From a virus (lineage: Duplodnaviria; Caudoviricetes), in the IMG/VR virus record IMGVR_UViG_3300047668_000467, positions 1-26,648 of that record: a DNA stretch of 26,648 nucleotides; one strand, given 5' to 3'. This document shows, piece by piece, positions 7,876 to 15,908 of the stretch (position 1 is its first letter; each line of letters opens with the position of its first letter). The notes beneath the pieces were generated by a model. The model saw nothing but the letters and a program-made list of their open reading frames with translations, was not told the origin of the DNA and did not search any database. A program made the position numbers and the translations under genes.

Positions 7876-9391
7876 GAGTTTAAAACTTAATGAAGAACAA
7901 ATGCTATGGGTTTATTGCGGATTAGATTGTACACTTACAACTGAGATATGGGATAAACTCGAGCCTCAACTAGATAACAACACTAGATCAACATATGATT
8001 TCGAGAGGGCTAGCCTGGGTCCAGCTATATCCATGGTACTACGTGGCTTACGCGTAGATGAGAGAGCGGTCACAATTATTCGTGCCCCCTTACAAAAGAA
8101 AAGATTACAGTTAGCTAGGATGTTAAGCCTATTCGCTAATGCAGTATGGGATAAAGACCTTAACCATAACAGCCCAACACAACTCAAGTCAATGCTCTAT
8201 GATTACTTGAGTCTTCCAACACAAATTAAATACGACAAAGGTAAACAGAAAGTTTCAACAGACAGAGAAGCTTTGGAACATATGATCGAGGAGTATCCTC
8301 GTGCTCGTCCTTTCTGTAAGACTATCATAGCACTACGTGATATCGATAAACAACTATCAGTACTAGCCGCCAAGCGTGATGAAGACGGACGTATCCGTTG
8401 TTCTTATAATGTAGCTGGCACTGAGACAGGTCGGTGGTCATCATCTGAATCTCCTTGGCGAACAGGTACTAACCTACAGAATATAACTAAAGACATGCGT
8501 GCTATCTTTGTACCAGACAGAGGACGTACTATGTTCTATGCCGATCTACAAGCAGCTGAATCCAGGGCAACAGCTTATCTCTCAGGAGACGAAGGTTACA
8601 TCAACGCCGTTGAATCATCAGACCTACATACTGAGGTAGCTAAAATGGTATGGCCTAACATGGGTTGGACAGAAGACAACGCACAGAATAGAACACTAGC
8701 CGAGCGTCCTTACTATGGTAACTTTTCTTATCGTGACGTATGTAAACGAGCAGGTCATGGTACCAACTATGGTGCCTCAGCTAACACAGTAGCACGGCAT
8801 ACAAAAATTAAAGTAGCACATGCTACAAGGTTTCAACTACTATACTTCGGTGGTATCATACCACTAGCCTCGTTAGAACGTTGGCATAAGCAAGACAAGG
8901 AAGGGGGCTTCAGCGATCTGATAGAGCTCGGCGAGAAGCTGGGTACTGGTACGCAAATGCTTGTGCGTGTAGCTGGTGCATTCCCTGGTATAAGGACATG
9001 GCATACAGAAGTTATCAAAGAACTACAAGCAACAGGTAATCTAATCACACCCTTTGGTAGACGCAGACAATTCTGGGGTAGGTTAGACGATGAACACTAT
9101 GCAAGAAAAGCTATAGCCTATCTACCTCAATCAACTATAGGTGACTTACTTAACCAAGGTTTGTATAGGGTATGGTCAGAGTTACATACACAAGGTGTGG
9201 AAATATTAGGACAGGTGCATGATGCAGTCTTAGGTCAATGTCCTAATGATAAGATAGATGAGTTAATACCTAAGATAATTAATTGCTTAGAGAATCCTAT
9301 TGAAGTGAGAGGAAGAAGTATGATAATACCTTCTGATGCAGAGGTAGGAGATTCATGGAAGAACTTAAAGAAGTGGGTACCCAATGCGTAA
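7844..9391 (+). CDS. polA: DNA polymerase A catalytic subunit (ExoIII motif plus thumb/palm/fingers)
   Basis: ExoIII YCGLD; TETGRWSS, NLQNI, motif A DLQAAESR, motif B RDVCKRAGHGTNYG, TPFGRRR, motif C QVHD. Confidence 0.92.
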   Translation: MARIVKNTEIKSLKLNEEQMLWVYCGLDCTLTTEIWDKLEPQLDNNTRSTYDFERASLGPAISMVLRGLRVDERAVTIIRAPLQKKRLQLARMLSLFANAVWDKDLNHNSPTQLKSMLYDYLSLPTQIKYDKGKQKVSTDREALEHMIEEYPRARPFCKTIIALRDIDKQLSVLAAKRDEDGRIRCSYNVAGTETGRWSSSESPWRTGTNLQNITKDMRAIFVPDRGRTMFYADLQAAESRATAYLSGDEGYINAVESSDLHTEVAKMVWPNMGWTEDNAQNRTLAERPYYGNFSYRDVCKRAGHGTNYGASANTVARHTKIKVAHATRFQLLYFGGIIPLASLERWHKQDKEGGFSDLIELGEKLGTGTQMLVRVAGAFPGIRTWHTEVIKELQATGNLITPFGRRRQFWGRLDDEHYARKAIAYLPQSTIGDLLNQGLYRVWSELHTQGVEILGQVHDAVLGQCPNDKIDELIPKIINCLENPIEVRGRSMIIPSDAEVGDSWKNLKKWVPNA

Positions 9392-10649
9392 GAACCTAGA
9401 TTTTATAGAAGCATGTGTTAAGGCTACGACTGGTAGTCCTATACCAGACAGGTTCTCTACATGGACAGCATTGTCTGCTGTGGCTGGAGCCTTAGGACGT
9501 AAGTGTTGGTTGTCTATGACTAACTATAACATCAGACCTAATATGTTTGTAGTTTTAGTAGCACCACCAGGTAGAAACAAATCTGTATCACTCACCTTAC
9601 CTTTCTCTAAAGTGTTTGCTAAACTTACTACACCTGTAGGTACTGTAGAAGATCACGATGAATTTAATAGCGGACTAACTCAGTACGGCTTAAAGAATTA
9701 TCCATTGTATTCTATACAAGATAGGATAACACCAGAAAAATTAGCAGTAGAAATGTCTAAGGTTACACGACTAGACTTACGTTGTGCTACCCCTAAGGAT
9801 GATATGTTCTATGACTCTTCCATAACTCTAGTAACCTCAGAGTTTGGTACGTTTATGAATAGGAATCATCAGTACTTACAAATGTTTATGACTGACATGT
9901 GGGATAGTAAAGATATATACAGTCACCAAATCAAAACAGGATCATCACAAATTATTAAAGGTCCATGTCTTAATTGGATAGCATGTGCTACACCTCAACA
10001 GTTTGTGGATAACTTACCAGAGGATGCAGCATCTCAAGGTTTACTATCTAGAATCTTACCCATCTACCATGAGGGTGATAGGATAGCACAGAGTTTATAT
10101 CAAAAGAGATTAGATGATAGCATAGCTGAGGACTTAACACATGACCTAAGTCTTATAGCTAAGATGCACGGGCAATTTGTATTTGACCCAGAAGCATACG
10201 ACGAAGTTGAGAAAGATTTTCAAGAATATATTAAACCAGAACCTACCGAACCCAACATGGTTGAGTACAACCAACGTAGGGTATCACACTTTATCAAGGT
10301 AGCGATGTCAGTCAGTGCTTCACGCAGAGGTACTAGAGTAATCACATCTAGTGATTGGGCACGTACTAAGAAGATAATGTTTGATGTAGAGAAGTATATG
10401 CCTAAGGCATTGGAAGGTTTTGGCATGAGTAAGACAGGCAGAATTGCTCATGATATGAAGGGTTGGTTGGAGACTACTGTGTTTAACAATAACCGCTCTC
10501 ACGTGCACCTTAAGCTGTTTAAACGGCAGCTATTGAATAAGACTATGGCACCTGGTGAGATCACACAGTACATCCAAGCTATGGAAGACTCGGGTTATAT
10601 CCGTGTTGATTCTGGATTGGTATTCCTATGCAGAAAAGACGCAACGTAA
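9384..10649 (+). CDS. DUF3987/YfjI-type AAA+ ATPase, putative replicative helicase
   Basis: Walker A-like LVAPPGRNKS, ITPEKL, Walker B-like LVTSEFG, GLLSR arginine finger; directly follows polymerase. Confidence 0.75.
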   Translation: MRKNLDFIEACVKATTGSPIPDRFSTWTALSAVAGALGRKCWLSMTNYNIRPNMFVVLVAPPGRNKSVSLTLPFSKVFAKLTTPVGTVEDHDEFNSGLTQYGLKNYPLYSIQDRITPEKLAVEMSKVTRLDLRCATPKDDMFYDSSITLVTSEFGTFMNRNHQYLQMFMTDMWDSKDIYSHQIKTGSSQIIKGPCLNWIACATPQQFVDNLPEDAASQGLLSRILPIYHEGDRIAQSLYQKRLDDSIAEDLTHDLSLIAKMHGQFVFDPEAYDEVEKDFQEYIKPEPTEPNMVEYNQRRVSHFIKVAMSVSASRRGTRVITSSDWARTKKIMFDVEKYMPKALEGFGMSKTGRIAHDMKGWLETTVFNNNRSHVHLKLFKRQLLNKTMAPGEITQYIQAMEDSGYIRVDSGLVFLCRKDAT

Positions 10650-11119
10650 TCCGAGGTCTCAGATGGGCCAAAGCTCTCGAGGATAAACCTAGATTCATCT
10701 CCTCTCCACGAATCAAGGGTATCCAGAGGGCTGGTCTCATCTATGAGAACCGCATAGCCACATACATTAAAGCTTTATATGGTGACTCAGTACTACATGG
10801 GCAGTGGTATGAGTTCGAAGATAGAAGAGGACTAGGCTGGTGTCAGCCTGACATCTTGATCCTACCCAACGAAGATAGAAAGTTTCTCCTGGTTATAGAG
10901 TGTAAGCTAAAGGCTACAAGGAAAGCATGGGTTCAGCTTAACTATTTATATAGACCTATACTAGAAAAGATTTATCCACAGGTAGAACTTAGGATGGTGC
11001 AGGTAGTAAAGAACCTGGATAAGAATTTAAAGTTAGATTTAGTTGAGACACTAGACGATGTCTTTTGTCAAGAGAAAAAATTTGAATACTCTACATTATT
11101 TTTAAGGAACTTAACATGA
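10628..11119 (+). CDS. PD-(D/E)XK endonuclease (possible Holliday junction resolvase)
   Basis: YE...QPDILI...VIECKL...Q...Y motif. Confidence 0.7.
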   Translation: MQKRRNVIRGLRWAKALEDKPRFISSPRIKGIQRAGLIYENRIATYIKALYGDSVLHGQWYEFEDRRGLGWCQPDILILPNEDRKFLLVIECKLKATRKAWVQLNYLYRPILEKIYPQVELRMVQVVKNLDKNLKLDLVETLDDVFCQEKKFEYSTLFLRNLT

Positions 11120-11125
11120 TTAACA

Positions 11126-11154
11126 TAGACAACAGCTTCATAGTGTGGTATACT
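11126..11154 (+). promoter_or_regulatory. sigma70-type promoter for nrdA
   Basis: TAGACA-17 bp-TATACT with TG extension. Confidence 0.65.
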
Positions 11155-11189
11155 ATAAGCTTTCACACAATACAAATAAGGAATACACA

Positions 11190-12950
11190 ATGATAGAGAA
11201 GCCAACGATTGATCTCGCACGAGATGATCTTCTTACCAGCTTTGGTAAAGAAGTTTTAAAAGATAGATACATGTTACCAACAGAGAAATCTCCCCAGGAA
11301 GCTCTAGCTAGGACAGCCGCAGCTTTCGCAGACTCAGACGCACATGCAAAAAGATTGTATGATTACTCTTCTAAGTTATGGTTCATGTTTGCTACTCCCG
11401 TGCTATCAAACGGTGGGACAGATAGGGGGTTACCTATCTCATGCTTCTTAAATTATGTACCAGATTCTCGCGAAGGATTATCAGATCATTACTCCGAGAA
11501 CATATGGCTATCAAGTTCTGGCGGAGGTATCGGTGGGTACTGGGGTGACATAAGATCACAAGATCAATCAACAAGCAAAGGTAATAAAACTACAGGAGTT
11601 ATTCCTTTCATGCATGTGGTTGACAGCCAGATGGTAGCCTTTAACCAGGGGGCAACAAGACGAGGTAGCTACGCTAGCTACATGGACATATCACATCCAG
11701 AGATAATAGAGTTCATAGAAATGCGTAAGCCTAGTGGTGGTGATGTGAATAGAAAGAATCTTAATCTTCATCATGGTATTGTTGTGTCTGATAAATTTAT
11801 GAAAGCTTTAGAGAAAGATGAGATGTGGAAACTAATTGATCCACATAATAAAAAAGTTATAAGAGAACTTAAAGCAAGACAGTTGTGGATTAAAATACTA
11901 GAGACAAGAGTATCTACTGGTGAGCCGTACATTATGTTTGGTGACACAGTTAATAAAGGATTACCTAAAGAATTAAAAGCTAAAGGTTTAAAGGTACATC
12001 ACTCTAACTTATGTAGTGAGATCACCTTGCCAACCAATGATGAACGCACTGCAGTGTGCTGCTTGTCATCTGTTAACCTGGAATACTATGATGAGTGGAA
12101 AGATAATCCGCAGTTCATTGACGACATCATGCGTATGCTAGACAACGTATTAACTTACTTCATTAAATCTGCCCCCTCCCATCTATGGAGAGCAGTAGCT
12201 TCAGCAAAGGCTGAACGATCTGTTGGCTTAGGAGCCATGGGTTTTCATTCTTATTTACAGAAGCAAGGCATAGCTTTAAACAGTGCTGTATCTTTTGGTA
12301 TTAATAAGAATATATTTAAACACTTACATGATAAGGCTTTGGAATCAAACCTATCATTAGGTAAGACAAGAGGCGAACCAAGTGACATGAAAGGTAGTGG
12401 CAAAAGATTTGCACACATGTTAGCTATAGCACCTAATGCTAGTAGCTCCATCATATGCGGAGGTGTATCACCTAGCATAGAACCTTTAAGAGCTAACGCC
12501 TTTACACAAAAAACCATGAGTGGTTCCTTCTTAGTTAAGAATAAATACTTAGAAGAGTTACTCAAACTAAAAGGAAAAAATACTAAAGATGTTTGGAAGA
12601 TTATCATATCTAGTAGAGGAAGTGTTGAATCGCTCGACTTTCTCACGCCACAAGAAAAGAATTTATTTAAGACAGCGATTGAGGTGGATCAAACTTGGCT
12701 TGTTGACTTGGCTGCGGAACGTCAAAAATATATTTGTCAAGCGCAATCATTAAACTTATTCTTCCCGCCAGATGTTAATGTTAGAAGATTAAATAACATA
12801 CACAAACGTGCATGGGAGAAAGGACTAAAGACTTTATACTACTGTCGCAGTGAGGCGATCAAGAGGGCAGAGAATATCTCCATTCAAGTAGAAAGAAAAG
12901 TCAGAGAGGATAGTATAGATGAAGAATCATGTACAATGTGTGAAGCCTAA
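11190..12950 (+). CDS. nrdA: class I ribonucleotide reductase alpha subunit (no ATP cone)
   Basis: ATPVLSN, PISCFL, SNLCSEI, IAPNASSS, LYY, C-terminal CTMC; start moved to ATG 11190 (AAGGA RBS; GTG 11145 lies within the promoter). Confidence 0.95.
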   Translation: MIEKPTIDLARDDLLTSFGKEVLKDRYMLPTEKSPQEALARTAAAFADSDAHAKRLYDYSSKLWFMFATPVLSNGGTDRGLPISCFLNYVPDSREGLSDHYSENIWLSSSGGGIGGYWGDIRSQDQSTSKGNKTTGVIPFMHVVDSQMVAFNQGATRRGSYASYMDISHPEIIEFIEMRKPSGGDVNRKNLNLHHGIVVSDKFMKALEKDEMWKLIDPHNKKVIRELKARQLWIKILETRVSTGEPYIMFGDTVNKGLPKELKAKGLKVHHSNLCSEITLPTNDERTAVCCLSSVNLEYYDEWKDNPQFIDDIMRMLDNVLTYFIKSAPSHLWRAVASAKAERSVGLGAMGFHSYLQKQGIALNSAVSFGINKNIFKHLHDKALESNLSLGKTRGEPSDMKGSGKRFAHMLAIAPNASSSIICGGVSPSIEPLRANAFTQKTMSGSFLVKNKYLEELLKLKGKNTKDVWKIIISSRGSVESLDFLTPQEKNLFKTAIEVDQTWLVDLAAERQKYICQAQSLNLFFPPDVNVRRLNNIHKRAWEKGLKTLYYCRSEAIKRAENISIQVERKVREDSIDEESCTMCEA

Positions 12951-13948
12951 TGCTTAGACACTTAGATTTATTTAGTGGGTTAGGTGGATTCAGCTTAGGC
13001 CTTGAAGCAACTGGAGGATTTGAAACAGTAGCGTTCTGTGACATAGAAAAATTTCCACTAAAAGTTTTAAAGAAACACTGGCCTAATGTAAAACAATATA
13101 AAGATATAAAGGAGTTAACGTATGAGCAAATCAAAGAAGACACGCTTGCACCCATTGACATTATCACGGGAGGATATCCTTGCCAACCATTCTCCGTTGC
13201 AGGTAACCAACTTGGTGAAAAAGATAAGAGACACCTCTGGCCAGACATGTTTAGGATTGTCAAAGAATGTAAACCGACTTGGGTCATTGGAGAAAACGTT
13301 AGTGGCCACATTAAACTCGGTCTCGACACCGTACTACAGGACTTGGAGAGTGAAGGTTACTCCGTTAGGACGTTTAGTATTTCAGCTTCGAGCATCGGCG
13401 CCAACCACCAAAGAGAAAGAGTCTGGACTGTGGGCTACTCCGAATACAATGGATCATCTACCACAGAGGAGTCCCGAGTCATTGATCAAACAGGCAACAA
13501 CTACACGCAAAGGGAGAAGCAAGCCAGGAAACTTGCGAGAGCAAGTAGATCCTCAGACAGTAATGTTATGGAGAACACCAGACAACATGTCAGGGGGATC
13601 GAATCTTCCTGGGATACAGAAAGCCTTAGACCAAGGACATCTGAAGAGACCGAGTGGACAACCAATCCAGATCAGATTAATGGATCAGGTCAGGGAGCCG
13701 AGACTATGGGAGAAACTACCAACACCCACAGCAAGAGACTACAAGGACTCTGGCCCGAATTGCAACTACGAGAAGATGAAAAAGAAAGGTCGTCTAGCTG
13801 GGAGCGCTGGTGGCAGTTTGAACCCGACGTGGGTAGAGTGGCTAATGGGGTACCCCAAAGGGTGGACAGACTTAAAGGATTAGGTAATAGCTTAGTGCCC
13901 GCTATACCTTATATGATAGGGCATTCAATTTTAGAGGAGGAATTATGA
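12950..13948 (+). CDS. C5-cytosine DNA methyltransferase, alpha polypeptide (motifs I-VIII and X)
   Basis: LDLFSGLGG, GGYPCQPFS, GENV, HQRERVW, GLGNSLVP; motif IX absent from this frame. Confidence 0.9.
   Translation: MLRHLDLFSGLGGFSLGLEATGGFETVAFCDIEKFPLKVLKKHWPNVKQYKDIKELTYEQIKEDTLAPIDIITGGYPCQPFSVAGNQLGEKDKRHLWPDMFRIVKECKPTWVIGENVSGHIKLGLDTVLQDLESEGYSVRTFSISASSIGANHQRERVWTVGYSEYNGSSTTEESRVIDQTGNNYTQREKQARKLARASRSSDSNVMENTRQHVRGIESSWDTESLRPRTSEETEWTTNPDQINGSGQGAETMGETTNTHSKRLQGLWPELQLREDEKERSSSWERWWQFEPDVGRVANGVPQRVDRLKGLGNSLVPAIPYMIGHSILEEEL
13122..13883 (+). CDS. nested +1-frame methyltransferase beta polypeptide (repeat units plus motif IX)
   Basis: 253-codon ORF wholly inside alpha; own AAGGAG RBS 7 nt upstream; ends in LNPTWVEWLMGYPKGWT (motif IX-like). 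Confidence 0.8.
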   Translation: MSKSKKTRLHPLTLSREDILANHSPLQVTNLVKKIRDTSGQTCLGLSKNVNRLGSLEKTLVATLNSVSTPYYRTWRVKVTPLGRLVFQLRASAPTTKEKESGLWATPNTMDHLPQRSPESLIKQATTTRKGRSKPGNLREQVDPQTVMLWRTPDNMSGGSNLPGIQKALDQGHLKRPSGQPIQIRLMDQVREPRLWEKLPTPTARDYKDSGPNCNYEKMKKKGRLAGSAGGSLNPTWVEWLMGYPKGWTDLKD

Positions 13949-14022
13949 TTGAATTGATAGTGACTGTATACGTAGTAACATTTGTTGCTGGGTTAGCACT
14001 ACAAGCAGTAGGTGTAGCATGA
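13945..14022 (+). CDS. single-TM micro-protein (25 aa, MIELIVTVYVVTFVAGLALQAVGVA)
   Basis: Translated by hand; GAGGAGG RBS, ATGA overlaps at both ends linking methyltransferase to nrdB. Confidence 0.55.
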   Translation: MIELIVTVYVVTFVAGLALQAVGVA

Positions 14023-14978
14023 GCGTATTTAATTCACGCGACTATTACAAACCATTTAAATATGAGTGGGCATTTGAAGCGTACGATATGCAACAGAAGA
14101 TGCATTGGCTACCAAGTGAAGTGCCCCTACATGAGGATGTAAACGATTGGAACCACCGCATGAATGAAGGGGAAAAGAATTTAGTAAAACAAATTCTAAC
14201 TTTCTTTACTCAAGGTGATGTTGATATAGCACAGGCTTACATGGATGTGTACATGCCTATGTTTAAACAACCAGAGATACGTATGATGCTATCAGCTATA
14301 GCTACCAGTGAGGCTAACCATGCACACAGTTATTCATTACTGAATGACACAGTAGGTATGGACGATAGAGATTACCGTGCGTTCCAAGAGATCACAGCTA
14401 TGAATGATAAGCATGAGTACTTGTGGAGAAACAAAGGGGGCACTGAAGAAGAGAAGATTGTCAGAGACATGGCAGTATTCTCAGCATTCGGAGAAGGCTT
14501 GCAATTGTTTGCTAGCTTTGTTATGCTATTAAACTTTACCAGGTTTGGTAAGATGAAAGGCATGGGACAAATTGTCGCATGGTCTATTCGTGATGAGTCA
14601 CACCATGTAGAGAACATGATTAAGTTATTACATGAGGTGCTTGATGAGATGCCTCACGTATGGCATGATGATTTTAAAGCTACGTTGTACCAGATTTGTA
14701 GAGAAATGGTAGAGTTAGAGGATAAATTTATTGACCTAGCATTTGCTATGGGACCAGTAGAAGGTCTAACTCCAGACGAAGTTAAGCAATACATACGACA
14801 CATAGCAGACAGAAGACTATTACAGCTAGGTCTTAAGCCTAACTATGGTGTCAAAGACAACCCGTTAGAGTGGGTTGATTGGATAGTTGGTGGGGTAGAA
14901 CACGCCAATTTCTTTGAGAATAGAAGCACTGAGTATGCAAAAGGCACACTCACTGGCACATGGGACGACGCTTTTTAG
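14019..14978 (+). CDS. nrdB: class I ribonucleotide reductase beta subunit
   Basis: FFTQGD, EANHAHSY (metal ligands and radical Tyr), EGLQLFASF, RDESHH, NFFE.R..EY. Confidence 0.95.
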   Translation: MSVFNSRDYYKPFKYEWAFEAYDMQQKMHWLPSEVPLHEDVNDWNHRMNEGEKNLVKQILTFFTQGDVDIAQAYMDVYMPMFKQPEIRMMLSAIATSEANHAHSYSLLNDTVGMDDRDYRAFQEITAMNDKHEYLWRNKGGTEEEKIVRDMAVFSAFGEGLQLFASFVMLLNFTRFGKMKGMGQIVAWSIRDESHHVENMIKLLHEVLDEMPHVWHDDFKATLYQICREMVELEDKFIDLAFAMGPVEGLTPDEVKQYIRHIADRRLLQLGLKPNYGVKDNPLEWVDWIVGGVEHANFFENRSTEYAKGTLTGTWDDAF

Positions 14979-15000
14979 CTTTCTAGCTTTCGTAGCTTTC
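14976..15000 (+). repeat. three direct copies of TAGCTTTC
   Basis: TAGCTTTC TAGCTTTC G TAGCTTTC directly upstream of promoter at 15013. Confidence 0.7.
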
Positions 15001-15012
15001 TGAAAAAAAGTC

Positions 15013-15041
15013 TTGACACCAAAGCCAAACTGTGATAGTAT
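15013..15041 (+). promoter_or_regulatory. sigma70-type promoter
   Basis: TTGACA-17 bp-TAGTAT with TG extension (TATAAT also at 15039-15044). Confidence 0.7.
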
Positions 15042-15089
15042 AATAATTGAAACTAATTCTTGGATCACAATACGGGGGTTACGTTTTAA

Positions 15090-15140
15090 GGGGGCAGATC
15101 GGCTGATTGATTCGCAAGAGTTGTTCAGCCATTTGTTTTT
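15090..15140 (+). other. structured leader / possible small RNA or terminator hairpin
   Basis: GGCTGA...TCAGCC stem, inner GATTC-GCAA-GAGTT with GNRA loop, followed by ATTTGTTTTT. Confidence 0.5.
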
Positions 15141-15152
15141 AAAGGAGACAGC

Positions 15153-15491
15153 ATGAAAGAGATTTCCAAGTTCACTGAGAAAGAACTAAAAGATTACCTA
15201 GATAAGTACCGAGCGATTCAACGTGATGCTTCACGCAGAGCTAGGTCAATTAGTAACGTAGATAAAGATGCAGCCAGGCAAGCGCGTGATGCTGCAGCTA
15301 TGATAGCAAACATAAACTATAAGATCAACCATGACACGTGGTTGTATAATGATTTACCCAATGGCACTATGATTGGGGCACGTAGAGTTATCGCATCAGG
15401 TGATAAGACTCTTATTAATAAGCTTGTTGATAATTTCGGAAGGATAATTGATGAGACTCAAACAACACCCAGAGTATCCAGTAAAGACTAA
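15153..15491 (+). CDS. hypothetical protein (112 aa)
   Basis: AAGGAG RBS; no recognised family. Confidence 0.7.
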   Translation: MKEISKFTEKELKDYLDKYRAIQRDASRRARSISNVDKDAARQARDAAAMIANINYKINHDTWLYNDLPNGTMIGARRVIASGDKTLINKLVDNFGRIIDETQTTPRVSSKD

Positions 15492-15630
15492 GTACGATGG
15501 GCTGGCTCAGTTCCTGTATAGGAAAGCTAAGCCCAGAATAAAAAAGGCTCAACCATTCTGGAAGAACCTTAAACTAAAAGACAAAGACTATTGGCGCGGT
15601 CTTGCTCAAATACAAAAGGAACATTTATAA
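15448..15630 (+). CDS. small basic hypothetical protein (~60 aa)
   Basis: AAGGA upstream; W..L...DKDYWR motif; TAATG coupling to next gene. Confidence 0.6.
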   Translation: MMRLKQHPEYPVKTKYDGLAQFLYRKAKPRIKKAQPFWKNLKLKDKDYWRGLAQIQKEHL

Positions 15631-15908
15631 TGTGGACTATAGCAGTTGTACTATGTTTTATGGCGTTACCAGATACCCGACTACCGTTGTGTATGCCAGC
15701 ATCAGTACCTTTAAAATTTACTACCCAAGAAGAATGTAAGGTGGCTCAAGAAGAATTTATTAATTACTTCCACCCTATAGCAATTGAGAGAAAGTTAAAC
15801 ATGCAGTTTATGTGCGTATCCGACGCCGTAAGAACCATGTATAATACACAGGAGATTATTAATGACGGACATATTACAGGACGCAGTCAACGCCTTAGTA
15901 CTAGCTAA
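15630..15908 (+). CDS. hypothetical exported/membrane protein with Cys pattern
   Basis: Start moved to ATG 15630 (AAGGA RBS); hydrophobic N-terminus, F.T.EEC...C motif. Confidence 0.6.
   Translation: MWTIAVVLCFMALPDTRLPLCMPASVPLKFTTQEECKVAQEEFINYFHPIAIERKLNMQFMCVSDAVRTMYNTQEIINDGHITGRSQRLSTS

Noticed and set aside
12251-13329. - strand ORFs of 131, 142 and 64 aa
   Set aside because: Antisense to nrdA and the methyltransferase; no recognisable features
13122-13883. Nested ORF as a frameshifted pseudogene or sequencing error
   Set aside because: Both frames are fully open, alpha returns to a valid motif X without a shift, and beta has its own RBS
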